A stretch of 63,757 bases of DNA, the filler included, from an uncultured bacterium (GTDB lineage: Bacteria > Latescibacterota > UBA2968), in assembly GCA_964471275.1 (NCBI GenBank). It is 7 parts of 7 records of this genome, joined end to end, with 100 filler letters (N's around TTAATTAATTAA, not from the genome) between each part and the next. Parts side by side here need not be neighbours in the genome. Positions count along the whole stretch, not along the records: positions 48,053 to 57,451 come from CAYYGZ010000186.1; positions 57,552 to 63,757 come from CAYYGZ010000255.1; 5 more parts are not named here. One strand, written 5' to 3'. The translations under genes and the position numbers were made by a program. Position 1 is the stretch's first letter, and each line of letters opens with the position of its first letter. Under the pieces are notes generated by a model. It made no database searches. It worked only from the letters and a program-made list of their open reading frames with translations, and had not been told where the DNA came from. Shown here piece by piece: positions 49,107-58,310 of the stretch.

Positions 49107-49967
49107 CTAGATGTGATGACGGAGATATGTGCCCTGCTGGTTGACTTTCTCATCGTCGTCACCCGGTCCAAAATCTTCGAGCGACGTGTAACCTGTGTAG
49201 CCGACGTCCTTCAAATCCTGAAGGATCTGCGGGATGTCGGCTACACCATCACGCAGGTCACTGAAGTTCCATTTCCACGAGACTTGGTCAAGGTCTCCCT
49301 CACGGGTCGGTTTGTCCGTTACCGGTGTTGCGTTTCCAATGTGGCAGTGCGCCAGGTATTCACCGAGGATCTCCATGCCCATCTTACTGTCTTCAAGCCC
49401 GACTCGGATCATGTTCGGGACGTCATAGATCGCGCCTATGTGATCGGGGTCGAGGCCGCTCAGCAGCTCGATGGTGCGAGAGCACGAAACGGCGACCGTG
49501 CCGACGTGAATCTCATACAGGACCTTCACACCCCGTTCGCCGGCTTTTTGGGTGAGGGCCTCGAACCCAGACCGTGCGTCATCCCACTGCGGGTGATACG
49601 GCTTGGTCCTGTCGTGGCGCGGCGCACCAATCCGGATCATCGGGGGGGCGTTGGGATCGATGGCCAGCGCACCGGCGATGAGTTTATCGACCAAATCGTC
49701 TTCCCCGACGAGAGCCTGAGGCGCGAGAGCAATCACCTTGAGTCCGCTGCGCTTTGACGCCGTCTGTATTTCTCCCGCGCGATCCACAATATTGTCAGGG
49801 CTGATATCTGCGATATGGCGTCCCCAGAATGAGGGCTCCTCCGGCATGTCGTCCCGGATGTAGCGGCAGCGCAGCTCGAGACCGTCATAGCCATATTCGG
49901 CCAGCTTGTCGAATGTCTGGTCGAGATTCCATCGTGGCAGCATCACCGAAGTACAGGAGAGTTTCAT
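49107..49967 (-). CDS. Sugar phosphate isomerase/epimerase (xylose isomerase-like TIM barrel)
   Basis: GYDGLELR, YEIH, YDVPN, HCH, L.DVGY.G..SLE. Confidence 0.85.
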   Translation of the reverse strand: MKLSCTSVMLPRWNLDQTFDKLAEYGYDGLELRCRYIRDDMPEEPSFWGRHIADISPDNIVDRAGEIQTASKRSGLKVIALAPQALVGEDDLVDKLIAGALAIDPNAPPMIRIGAPRHDRTKPYHPQWDDARSGFEALTQKAGERGVKVLYEIHVGTVAVSCSRTIELLSGLDPDHIGAIYDVPNMIRVGLEDSKMGMEILGEYLAHCHIGNATPVTDKPTREGDLDQVSWKWNFSDLRDGVADIPQILQDLKDVGYTGYTSLEDFGPGDDDEKVNQQGTYLRHHI

Positions 49968-49983
49968 TTTCAGACCTTTCGAT

Positions 49984-51009
49984 TCAAGATTCAGCATCTT
50001 CGCGGCAACACGCCATGATCCGCATGAGTTCACGTGTCTGTTCGATCGGGATGTAAGGTTCAGCACGCTCGAACAGCACATCGTGTATGTTCTGGTAGAA
50101 GTCCAGCGTCTGACCCTCTACGTGTACTGAACCTACCTGCCAGGGGAGTTCATCGTTATTGCCGTAGCTCCGGTCGGGCGCGGCGCCCTCCTTTACTTCG
50201 AGCAAGGGGGCCTCCGCTGGTTCATAGTACTTTACCTCAAAGCCGGGCCCAGATTTGACTGCCGTTCCGTATTCACCACAGATGTGCCATTCCGGGAGCG
50301 AAAGGGCAGATGCCTGGTTGATCTCGAGGTCGAGAAGGATGCCTTCCCTTGTGGTCATCCAGACACGCACAACGTCGTCTGCGTCGCCGCGTGTCGCTGC
50401 GGCCCAGAGTCGGCAACGTATGTCCTTGATCTGCGGGTGGCGTGTGAGATAGAGAAGCTGGTCGATGTAGTGGGCACCGTAGTTGTTGAGCATGCCGCCG
50501 CCGTTCTTCTTCAGGCTCTGCCAATCGTTGCGCCGCGTGTATCGAAAAACGCTGTGCTTGATCGAAAATACTCGGCCGAGTTTACCGGAGTCAATGATGG
50601 ACCTCACTGTGGCCGTCACCGGCGTGAGCCGGTGAGGCTGGTAGACGAAGATCCGCTTCTTGTGCGATTGGGAAGCTTCGATCATGCGATCAGCGGAATC
50701 GAGCGAGGTGGTCATCGGTTTCTCGAGTATGACGTGGCTTCCGTGCTCGATCGACTGCACGGTCTGATCTTCGTGCAGGATCGTGGGTGTTGCCAAGGCG
50801 ATCAGGTCCGGCGATTCTGCAGCCAGCATGGCCTCGAACGCAGTGTATCCTCTGCAGCCACTTTCTGCGACCGCCTCGTTGACACGCTCCCTCAACGGAT
50901 CCACCACAGCGAGGAGATCATAGCCGTCCGAGGAGAAGGCATTCCTGAAATGGAATTGCCAACCGATTCTGCCCAATCCCACAACCGCTACACTCAGTTT
51001 CTGCGACAA
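49984..51009 (-). CDS. Gfo/Idh/MocA family oxidoreductase
   Basis: VGLGRIG, ATP..LH, EKPM, GGGMLNNYGAHYID; GGAGG RBS. Confidence 0.92.
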   Translation of the reverse strand: MSQKLSVAVVGLGRIGWQFHFRNAFSSDGYDLLAVVDPLRERVNEAVAESGCRGYTAFEAMLAAESPDLIALATPTILHEDQTVQSIEHGSHVILEKPMTTSLDSADRMIEASQSHKKRIFVYQPHRLTPVTATVRSIIDSGKLGRVFSIKHSVFRYTRRNDWQSLKKNGGGMLNNYGAHYIDQLLYLTRHPQIKDIRCRLWAAATRGDADDVVRVWMTTREGILLDLEINQASALSLPEWHICGEYGTAVKSGPGFEVKYYEPAEAPLLEVKEGAAPDRSYGNNDELPWQVGSVHVEGQTLDFYQNIHDVLFERAEPYIPIEQTRELMRIMACCREDAES

Positions 51010-51034
51010 ACCCCCTCCAGATCACTTGGATTTG

Positions 51035-51063
51035 TTGACGTTTAAAGTGGGCACGTCTATATT
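51035..51063 (+). promoter_or_regulatory. Sigma70-type promoter for the membrane protein-polX-nth operon
   Basis: TTGACG-17-TATATT. Confidence 0.6.
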
Positions 51064-51224
51064 TCTCGGGCCCCCAAAAAAACGGCTCACACGGTGCGGC
51101 GCCTAAGATAGCGCGTTCGTCTAAATTGTCCACAGTCAAGTGCGGATCGAAGGCCCGGATTGCGGGCCGGACAGGCTATTCCATGCAGGAAATGAGCGCT
51201 TCGGAAGGAATAAAGGCAGGATAT

Positions 51225-51767
51225 ATGCAAGCGGCGATTTTGGCGATGGGCGTGGTAAATATCCCCCTACTTCTTGCTCAGTTCGTGATGGGTTACGGCG
51301 TTCACTACGGGTGGTGGTCGCTCGAGGTGGGAACGCACGTAAAATTGGGATTGGTGGCTACGATCCTGACTATGCTGACCCACACGACGACGATGTTCTA
51401 TTTCATGGGCACGGGATCGGCAATCAAGGAGGAGGTCAGGGAGGAGAACCTTGAGCTCGGGTATCTGCGGCGTGCCAGAGCTTTCAAGGGCGTGTTCTTC
51501 TATGCTCTCTTCTTTGGAATGCTGCTGATCATGGCAACGGCCATGTTCGGTGGCGGGGCGCATTCGGACCTTCTACGTCCCGTCCAGGACAGGGGTCAAT
51601 CGTTTCTGTCTCGCATTCACGAGCTACTCGCGTTGATCAGTCTCGTTGTGAATCTGTATGCTCTGGTACTCATCCCGGTCTACATCAACCGGAACAATGT
51701 CCTGCTTGATGAAGTGATGGGATCGGACGCGAAGCGGGCACCCGCAGCGTCTGTCTCTGGAGAATGA
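51225..51767 (+). CDS. Hypothetical four-TM membrane protein
   Basis: Four hydrophobic helices with His residues; YFMGTG..IKE motif; 4-nt overlap with polX. Confidence 0.65.
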   Translation: MQAAILAMGVVNIPLLLAQFVMGYGVHYGWWSLEVGTHVKLGLVATILTMLTHTTTMFYFMGTGSAIKEEVREENLELGYLRRARAFKGVFFYALFFGMLLIMATAMFGGGAHSDLLRPVQDRGQSFLSRIHELLALISLVVNLYALVLIPVYINRNNVLLDEVMGSDAKRAPAASVSGE

Positions 51768-53482
51768 GCGTGGACAACCAGGAAGTTGCAGCCGTCCTGG
51801 ATGAGATGGCAAACCTGATGGAGCTGAACGGTGAGAATCCGTTCCGAAGCCGGGCCTATGCCGCCGCCGCACGTGCGATCGAGACGATGGAGGAATCCAT
51901 TGTCGACCTGTCTGCGCGGGGGGCGCTCGACGAGGTCCGCGGCATCGGGAAGAAGATCGCCGTCGAGATCGACGAGCTGCTGTCTGGTGGTGTGATTCAG
52001 CGACATCAGGATCTGATCGCAACCGTGCCAGAGGGTCTGATCGAGATGCAGGGGATCCCGGGTCTCGGCGGGAAGCGTTTGAGACAAGTCCACGAACTGC
52101 TCGGAGTGGCTGACATCGATGCATTAGCAAAGGCCTGCGCATCGGGGGCTGTGGCTGAACTCAAAGGTTTCGGTGCCAAGACGGCGAGCAACATTCTGAA
52201 CGGTATCGCGTATATCCAGCAGCACCAGGGCCGGTATCTGGCCAACGTGGCGCAGAAAGAAGCAGATTTGCTACGCGATTATCTGAAAGACCGGCCCGAA
52301 GTGATCCGACTTGCCCTTACCGGCAGCTTACGAAGGCGACGTGAAACGACAAAGGATGTGGACATCGTCGTGAGTTCGGGGGACCCGGAGTCGCTGGGAA
52401 GGGCATTTGCAGAATGCCCGTATGTGAAGGAGGTGACGGGGCACGGTCAGACCAAGGTGAGCGTGATCCTGAAGTCGGGGATGGCGGCTGATCTCAGGAT
52501 TGTGAGTGACGAGCAATTCCCGTATGCGATCCATCACTTCACCGGGAGCAAGGAGCACAACACCCTGATGCGGAGCCGGGCGAAGGCGCGTGGGATGAAG
52601 ATGAATGAGTACGGGCTCTTCAGCGGCGAGGATCTGGTGGCGTGTAGGACGGAGGAGGAGATCTTCGAGGCACTCGAGATGGCCTACGTCGAGCCCGAAC
52701 TCAGGGAGGGACTGGACGAGATCGAGCGCGCGTCGGATGGGCGTCTTCCCGATCTGATCACCCAGGAAGACCTGGAGGGCACTCTTCACGTACACACGAC
52801 CTACAGTGATGGACGCGCCTCGGTAGAAGCGATGGCGGTCGCAGCCCGGGGTGCAGGCTATACCTACATCGGTATCTGCGACCACAGCAAGGCAGTGGTC
52901 TACGCGAACGGTCTGAACGAGAAGCGTTGTCGCGAGCAATGGACAGAAATCGATGCGGTAAATGATCGTCTGGCAGGGATCCGGGTGCTGAAGGGGATCG
53001 AAGTCGACATCATGATTGGCGGCGGGTTCGATTTCGACGAGGCGTTTCTGTCTGAGTTCGACCTCGTCGTTGCGTCGATTCACTCCGGATTCTCTATGTC
53101 GCAGGAGGACGCGACGAAGCGGGTGGTTGACGCGGTCCGCAGCCCACACGTCGATATCCTGGGACACGCAACGGGGCGTCTTCTGCTTTCGCGAGACGGG
53201 TACCCCCTCGATGCGAAGGCGGTATGCGAAGCGGCAGCGGAAGCCGGGACAGGGATCGAGCTCAACGCGCACCCCAGAAGGCTCGATCTGGATTGGCGGG
53301 AACTACGGTATGCGAGGGAATGCGGTGCGAAGATCGCAATCGGCACGGACGCTCACAGCATCGACGGACTTCAGGATATGTACTACGGCATCGGGATCGC
53401 ACGTAAGGCAGGTCTCGAGGCCGGAGACATTCTCAATGCCATGGACGTGGACGCATTTCTGTCCTGGACGGATGGAAGCTGA
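51764..53482 (+). CDS. polX: DNA polymerase X / PHP 3'-5' exonuclease
   Basis: GENPFR.RAY, GSLRR...KDVD, ADLR, FTGSKEHN, NEYG; PHP domain HVHTTYSDG, DHS, TDAH. Confidence 0.95.
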   Translation: MSVDNQEVAAVLDEMANLMELNGENPFRSRAYAAAARAIETMEESIVDLSARGALDEVRGIGKKIAVEIDELLSGGVIQRHQDLIATVPEGLIEMQGIPGLGGKRLRQVHELLGVADIDALAKACASGAVAELKGFGAKTASNILNGIAYIQQHQGRYLANVAQKEADLLRDYLKDRPEVIRLALTGSLRRRRETTKDVDIVVSSGDPESLGRAFAECPYVKEVTGHGQTKVSVILKSGMAADLRIVSDEQFPYAIHHFTGSKEHNTLMRSRAKARGMKMNEYGLFSGEDLVACRTEEEIFEALEMAYVEPELREGLDEIERASDGRLPDLITQEDLEGTLHVHTTYSDGRASVEAMAVAARGAGYTYIGICDHSKAVVYANGLNEKRCREQWTEIDAVNDRLAGIRVLKGIEVDIMIGGGFDFDEAFLSEFDLVVASIHSGFSMSQEDATKRVVDAVRSPHVDILGHATGRLLLSRDGYPLDAKAVCEAAAEAGTGIELNAHPRRLDLDWRELRYARECGAKIAIGTDAHSIDGLQDMYYGIGIARKAGLEAGDILNAMDVDAFLSWTDGS

Positions 53483-54153
53483 TGCCGAGAGAGTCTCTGG
53501 AGGCCAAGATTGCCCGTACCGAACAGATTCTGGAAATTCTGAAAGTGGAGTTTCCCGATGCGAAGTGTTCTCTTGATTATGACAATCCGCTGCAGCTTCT
53601 GATTGCGACGATCCTGTCTGCTCAATGCACGGACGAGCGTGTCAACAAGGTAACGAAAGGCTTGTTCAAGAAATACCGGGATGCCGCGGATTTCGCGGAT
53701 GCCCCGATCGGGGAAATTGAGGAGGTGATCCGGTCGACTGGATTCTTCAGGAACAAAGCGAAGTCGGTCAAGGGGTGCTGCGAGGCGCTGATGGCGGAGC
53801 ACGATGGGGTGGTTCCGGATACGATGGCGGCCCTCACACCGTTGGCCGGTGTCGGACGAAAAACCGCGAACGTGGTGCTTGGGAACGCTTTTGGCAAGGA
53901 GGAGGGTATCGTTGTGGATACGCACGTAAGACGGATCTCGAACCTGCTCAGGCTTACCCGGCAGACCAACCCTGTGAAGATCGAGCAGGATCTGGTCAAG
54001 ATCGTCCCGCAACCGGACTGGACCCAGTTTTCACACTTGCTCATTCGACACGGGCGGAAGGTCTGCGTGGCTCGCCGCCCCGATTGCCGCAGCTGTAGCA
54101 CTGCCGAACTGTGCCCCTCCGCTCAGGCTCTACCTACCTCGCCAGGCTCTTGA
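53482..54153 (+). CDS. nth: Endonuclease III
   Basis: ILSAQCTD, GVGRKTANVV, VDTH, C-x6-C-x2-C-x5-C [4Fe-4S] motif. Confidence 0.96.
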   Translation: MPRESLEAKIARTEQILEILKVEFPDAKCSLDYDNPLQLLIATILSAQCTDERVNKVTKGLFKKYRDAADFADAPIGEIEEVIRSTGFFRNKAKSVKGCCEALMAEHDGVVPDTMAALTPLAGVGRKTANVVLGNAFGKEEGIVVDTHVRRISNLLRLTRQTNPVKIEQDLVKIVPQPDWTQFSHLLIRHGRKVCVARRPDCRSCSTAELCPSAQALPTSPGS

Positions 54154-54520
54154 TCTCCAGGTAGCCCATTCTCTCGCGTCCCGTTCGAGGGATGTCCTCA
54201 CGGAAAGGTTTGTCTGCATTCGCGTCGATGGGCCCGATCTGTATGGCATGTCTGGCGAGAACTGTTTCGGCTTCATCCTCCGTCTTCAGTTCAAGCACAA
54301 CGTTCGTGTAGGGCTCCGGTGTGTTGTTCCGAACGGTTCCGAACACGGCGAGAATCCGTCCTGCCCGATCCCGCTTCCAGTTCCAGGAAACGATCTCGAC
54401 AAGCTTTGCCTCGCCCGGTTGCGATGGTTCCGGCCCCAACTCGAATCCATACCAACCGGACCCGAGTATTGCCGCACAAGCCCCTAGGGCAATCCACTCT
54501 CCTGCCTTCTTTCCGACCAT
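54134..54520 (-). CDS. FxLYD-like (Ig-fold) membrane-anchored protein
   Basis: N-terminal TM; V.G.VRNNT...Y..V.L.....D...VL pattern. Confidence 0.55.
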   Translation of the reverse strand: MVGKKAGEWIALGACAAILGSGWYGFELGPEPSQPGEAKLVEIVSWNWKRDRAGRILAVFGTVRNNTPEPYTNVVLELKTEDEAETVLARHAIQIGPIDANADKPFREDIPRTGRERMGYLEIKSLAR

Positions 54521-54626
54521 TTCTGAGTTCCTCTATCGATGGGTAATTGCGCTTTATCTACAGTTTCATTCGACTCAATATTAGGAAAATGCCTCTTTGG
54601 ATGGCAAATCTGTTGGTCGCATAGGC

Positions 54627-54655
54627 TTGACACGCCCGGGCGCCTTTTCTAAATT
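54627..54655 (+). promoter_or_regulatory. Sigma70-type promoter for dksA
   Basis: TTGACA-17-TAAATT about 200 nt upstream of the ATG. Confidence 0.65.
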
Positions 54656-54685
54656 CTGAAACCTTGCGCATAATGACGTCTTCGG

Positions 54686-54820
54686 AAGGATCGATTGCAG
54701 CAGCGTCCAGGGATATCGAGGCGGCAAGAGCACGGCGCAAGATGTCGTTAAGTAAAGGATTGCGGTGCAGATCTAAAGACATTCATCGTTGCTGCCGATC
54801 CTTAGTATTGATCGATACTA
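54686..54820 (+). ncRNA. Candidate structured RNA in the dksA 5' leader
   Basis: 17-bp long-range stem (54686-54705 with 54787-54803), inner stem and 3' hairpin; family not recognised. Confidence 0.4.
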
Positions 54821-54853
54821 GGCAGACTTTGTACTTTTAGGGGTGATCCACAA

Positions 54854-55294
54854 ATGGCGAAAGCCAAGAAATATCCGAAGAAGAAGCTGACCGCCTTCAG
54901 GAAACTGCTGACGGAGCGTCGAATCGAGTTGCTCAAGCAGGTGACCGACCAGGATGATGACATCGGTGAACTCCGTGACGATCAGCCCGCAGATCCGCTC
55001 GACATGGCGGGGAACTCGTCGACTCTAGAGTTGATGACAACTCTCAGTAACCACGAACGCACGGAGCTTGCGGAAATCGACCACGCGTTGGGCAAGATCG
55101 AGGGAGGCACATTCGGCATCTGTGAGGTTTCGGGCGAGTTGATCGGCGAACCGCGTCTGATGGTAATCCCTACAGCCCGATACACGATCGAGGTCCAATC
55201 CGAGCGCGAGAAGAAGTCGCCCGGGCAGGTGGAGCGGCCACGTCGTCGTAAGATTCTAAGTGACGATTTGCCCGCGATGGACGAGGATACCTGA
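54854..55294 (+). CDS. dksA: DksA/TraR family RNA polymerase-binding factor (one-cysteine type)
   Basis: Coiled-coil tip DPLDMA (DxxDxA), IDHAL.KI..GTFGICE..GE.I...RL...P.ARY. Confidence 0.85.
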   Translation: MAKAKKYPKKKLTAFRKLLTERRIELLKQVTDQDDDIGELRDDQPADPLDMAGNSSTLELMTTLSNHERTELAEIDHALGKIEGGTFGICEVSGELIGEPRLMVIPTARYTIEVQSEREKKSPGQVERPRRRKILSDDLPAMDEDT

Positions 55295-55317
55295 TCGGTA
55301 TAGGCCAGAGTGTTCCG

Positions 55318-55350
55318 AAGGGCGGCCCGCATACCAGCGGCCGCCCTTTC
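55318..55350. terminator. Likely bidirectional terminator between dksA and the aldolase gene
   Basis: AAGGGCGGCC-CGC-6-GCG-GCCGCCCTT hairpin between convergent genes. Confidence 0.65.
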
Positions 55351-55361
55351 TCTGTACAGAA

Positions 55362-56123
55362 TCAGCCTCGCACGCCTTGCACCATGTCGCGACAGCCTTT
55401 GAGGTAGATGCCCGTGTCTACAGAGAGGGATACATAGCGGACACCGGCATCGATCCACTTTCTGGCCGTTTCAGCGCTATCGGCGAAGGTTCCGACGCTG
55501 AGTCCCGCCTTGTTGATCTGCTCCGCGGCTTCCTGCATCCGGTCCACCACACGCGGGTCGTGCACCTGTCCGGGAATCCCGAGTGACTGTGAGAGATCGT
55601 AGGGGCCGAGGAAGATGACATCCAATCCCTCGACTATGATGATGTCAGAGAGGTTCTCGAGTCCTTCGACCCCCTCGATGTGTACGATGATCATCTGGTC
55701 CTTGTTGAGCCGATCGAAGATGGCTGCGCCATCGGAGAAGTATTTTGCGGCCCGGGTGTAGGGTGACACGCCGCGCATCCCCACGGGGGCATACTTCGCT
55801 GCCTGCACGACGGCTTCCGCATCCGTTTTTGTACAGATCTGCGGAACTTGGACTCCTGCGGCGCCGATATCGAGCGCGCGCAGTATCTGGGGCGCGTCGT
55901 TCTCGCGGACACGCACGATCGGCGTGATGCCCGCACTGTCAGCCATCCGACAGAGGTCCTCAGCTGCCGGGATGTCAAGGGGACCGTGTTCTGTGTCGAT
56001 GATGACGAAATCGAAACCAGCGAGGGCGGCGATCTCGAGCATTGCGCCGGAGTTGATGTTCACGAACGGCCCCAGAGCGGCTTTCCCGGCTTTAAGCGAT
56101 TCCTTGAGCGATACAGATGCCAT
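55362..56123 (-). CDS. HpcH/HpaI aldolase family protein
   Basis: GFDFVIIDTEHG, VRV, LD.GA.G, Y.P.G.RG, IE..EG, FLGPYDLS; AGGAG RBS. Confidence 0.92.
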   Translation of the reverse strand: MASVSLKESLKAGKAALGPFVNINSGAMLEIAALAGFDFVIIDTEHGPLDIPAAEDLCRMADSAGITPIVRVRENDAPQILRALDIGAAGVQVPQICTKTDAEAVVQAAKYAPVGMRGVSPYTRAAKYFSDGAAIFDRLNKDQMIIVHIEGVEGLENLSDIIIVEGLDVIFLGPYDLSQSLGIPGQVHDPRVVDRMQEAAEQINKAGLSVGTFADSAETARKWIDAGVRYVSLSVDTGIYLKGCRDMVQGVRG

Positions 56124-56182
56124 GTTCTCTCCTGGTTTGGTCGACCATCGGCCTGAGCTCCGATGGCTGGTCTGATGGTGCG

Positions 56183-56211
56183 TTGACTTTCGGGCCCCAG
56201 CCATTTAAAAT
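56183..56211 (+). promoter_or_regulatory. Sigma70-type promoter of the small ORF
   Basis: TTGACT-17-TAAAAT. Confidence 0.7.
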
Positions 56212-56229
56212 ATGAAAAAGGAGGCTCGG

Positions 56230-56358
56230 ATGGGACACGATTTACAAAAGCTCGCACTTCGACTGAAAGTGATTGAGATGTTGTCGCGGTTGCACCGGGC
56301 CCGTCGAGATATGCACACGATGGCACAATGGAAGCGGTGGCTGATCCACCCGAACTAG
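56230..56358 (+). CDS. Unannotated 42-aa basic small protein
   Basis: AAGGAGG RBS, ATG, MGHDLQKLALRLKVIEMLSRLHRARRDMHTMAQWKRWLIHPN*; own promoter and terminator. Confidence 0.65.
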   Translation: MGHDLQKLALRLKVIEMLSRLHRARRDMHTMAQWKRWLIHPN

Positions 56359-56387
56359 GTTACCGGCATCCGGTCCAGCTGATTTCG

Positions 56388-56420
56388 TGGCGCCCATTCC
56401 AAATGGGCGCCATTTCTGTT
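56388..56420 (+). terminator. Intrinsic terminator after the small ORF
   Basis: Perfect 11-bp stem TGGCGCCCATT-CCA-AATGGGCGCCA followed by TTTCTGTT. Confidence 0.65.
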
Positions 56421-56452
56421 CCACAATCTGACCGATCATATTGTTGGGAGAT

Positions 56453-57442
56453 ATGGTGACCGTTGAGATCGGAAGCGTGACAGTAGAGGGATTCACGGTG
56501 CTTGCCCCGCTTGCCGGGATCACCGATCGTGCCTTCCGAGGTCTCTGCCGCGAGCAGGGCGCCAGTGCCGTCGTGACAGAGATGGTCAGCGCCAGGGGAC
56601 TTGCCGACGGGAGTGACCGGGCCTACAAGTATCTGGATTTCGACGAGCAAGAGCACCCCCTTTCGGTTCAGGTTTTTGGGTCGGACCCCGCGGCTATGGC
56701 GGAGGGGGCCCGCGTGCTCGCAGAACGGAAACCCGACATGATCGATATCAATTGTGGATGTCCGGTCAAGAAGATCGTTAACAAGAATGCCGGGGCAGCG
56801 CTGATGAGAGACCCTGGGCATCTTGGGACGGTTGTGCGGGCAATGGTCGAGGCTGTGGATATCCCGATTACGTTGAAGATCAGGAGTGGTTGGGATGCAA
56901 AAGAGAATGCTTCGGAAGTCGCCAGAGCGGCAGAAGATGCGGGAGCGGCAGCAGTCGCGATTCACGCGAGGTCCCGTTCAGATCGCCTCTCTGGCCTGGC
57001 GGATTGGGATGTCATTTTACGGGTGAAATCGGCCGTAGGTATCCCGGTGATCGGGAATGGAGATGTTCGGGATCCCGAAGCGGCAAAAAGGATGGTTTCG
57101 GAGACAGGATGTGACCTCGTGATGATCGGACGATGGGCCATCGGGAATCCGTGGATTTTCGGTCAGGTGGAGAAATACCTGGCCGAAGGCATATGCGTTC
57201 CGAAACCGTCGGTAAAGGATCGTGTGGGAATGGCGATCAAGCATCTCGGTCTGTCTGTCGCCGCAAAAGGACCTCGGAAAGGTGTCTATGCGCTGCGCCG
57301 GAGCCTTGCGGCCTATGTCAAACAGATACCCGGGGCAAAGGCCATTCGGTCTCGATTGATGACCGAGGAAGATCCTGTCGGTGTGTCGGATATTCTGAAG
57401 GCACTGTGTGAGAACGAAGAATCAAACAAGGGGGTCGATTGA
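56453..57442 (+). CDS. dusB: tRNA-dihydrouridine synthase B
   Basis: LAPLAGITD..FR, TEMVS, DINCGCP..K, K.RSGW, HAR, GNGD, MIGR...GNPW. Confidence 0.92.
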   Translation: MVTVEIGSVTVEGFTVLAPLAGITDRAFRGLCREQGASAVVTEMVSARGLADGSDRAYKYLDFDEQEHPLSVQVFGSDPAAMAEGARVLAERKPDMIDINCGCPVKKIVNKNAGAALMRDPGHLGTVVRAMVEAVDIPITLKIRSGWDAKENASEVARAAEDAGAAAVAIHARSRSDRLSGLADWDVILRVKSAVGIPVIGNGDVRDPEAAKRMVSETGCDLVMIGRWAIGNPWIFGQVEKYLAEGICVPKPSVKDRVGMAIKHLGLSVAAKGPRKGVYALRRSLAAYVKQIPGAKAIRSRLMTEEDPVGVSDILKALCENEESNKGVD

Positions 57443-57451
57443 CCGAACAAT

Positions 57452-57551
57452 NNNNNNNNNNNNNNNNNNNNNNNNNNNNNNNNNNNNNNNNNNNNTTAAT
57501 TAATTAANNNNNNNNNNNNNNNNNNNNNNNNNNNNNNNNNNNNNNNNNNNN
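57452..57551. other. Artificial contig linker
   Basis: 44 N + TTAATTAATTAA + 44 N. Confidence 0.99.
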
Positions 57552-57960
57552 GGCAGTCAGAACGAAGAACTCCACAAACCTCAGGAAATCCGTAGAACCT
57601 ACAGTTCCATCCACATGGACTTCGAAACTGGCGTCAAAGTCAGAGTCGGCCGAGGTTTTCCCAAACTGTGCCGTAAATGCCAGGAAGTCAAAGAACCCAA
57701 CGTCTCCGCTCGCGTCGAGATCCGCAAGAAGCATTATGGTAATCGACCAAGACTACATGAGGGATGACACATCAGCGACGGTCAACGCGAACGTTCCGGA
57801 GGCTTCGGCATCGGCCACCCCGTTGATTGACCACGCAAACGTTACGACCTCAGCGTTGACCACAACCCTCCGTCCGTCCCCAGCCATTCCGACCACCAGG
57901 TTGCGTGCGGTGTCAACTGAACTGAAGACGGCAGGGCAAAACGACGACAGCTGGTGTGTG
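57552..57960 (-). pseudogene. Degraded Ig-like plus dockerin/EF-hand-like secreted protein relic
   Basis: ...TFAWSINGV...LTVADVSSLM* then, in frame, ADLDASGDVGFFDFLAF..QFG...FD..F....DGTVG..DFL.F. Confidence 0.5.
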
Positions 57961-58310
57961 CCTCATATAAGTACTCCCCAGAAAAGACCGGTTGGGTGAC
58001 GCCCCCGACAGGCACTGATCTACCTCTGCTTCAACTTTCCTGGATGGGACATGTTTCCTGACTCACTGATTTTTCACGAATTACAAACGAACGTCTTCGT
58101 AATTGAAACATTCGGAGACTGCTGAAGTTCGGGTGTCTAGCTTCTCGGGACAGGTATACCCATCGCAAATTTCAATCCAAAGGCTGTAATACTTACCTAA
58201 GTATCACCACACAGAGCATCCAATCAAATAATACATTGCATAAGTGCAATTATCTCATTCAGTAGGCCAGAAAGACCTTTCGTAGTGCAGGTAAACGTCT
58301 ATCTTAGGGT

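Noticed and set aside
9652..57551. Regularly spaced TTAATTAATTAA motif every ~9.5 kb
   Set aside because: Always centred in 88 Ns, and the contigs are size-sorted: an artificial linker. ORFs ending in XXXLIN and any cross-linker gene neighbourhoods are artefacts.
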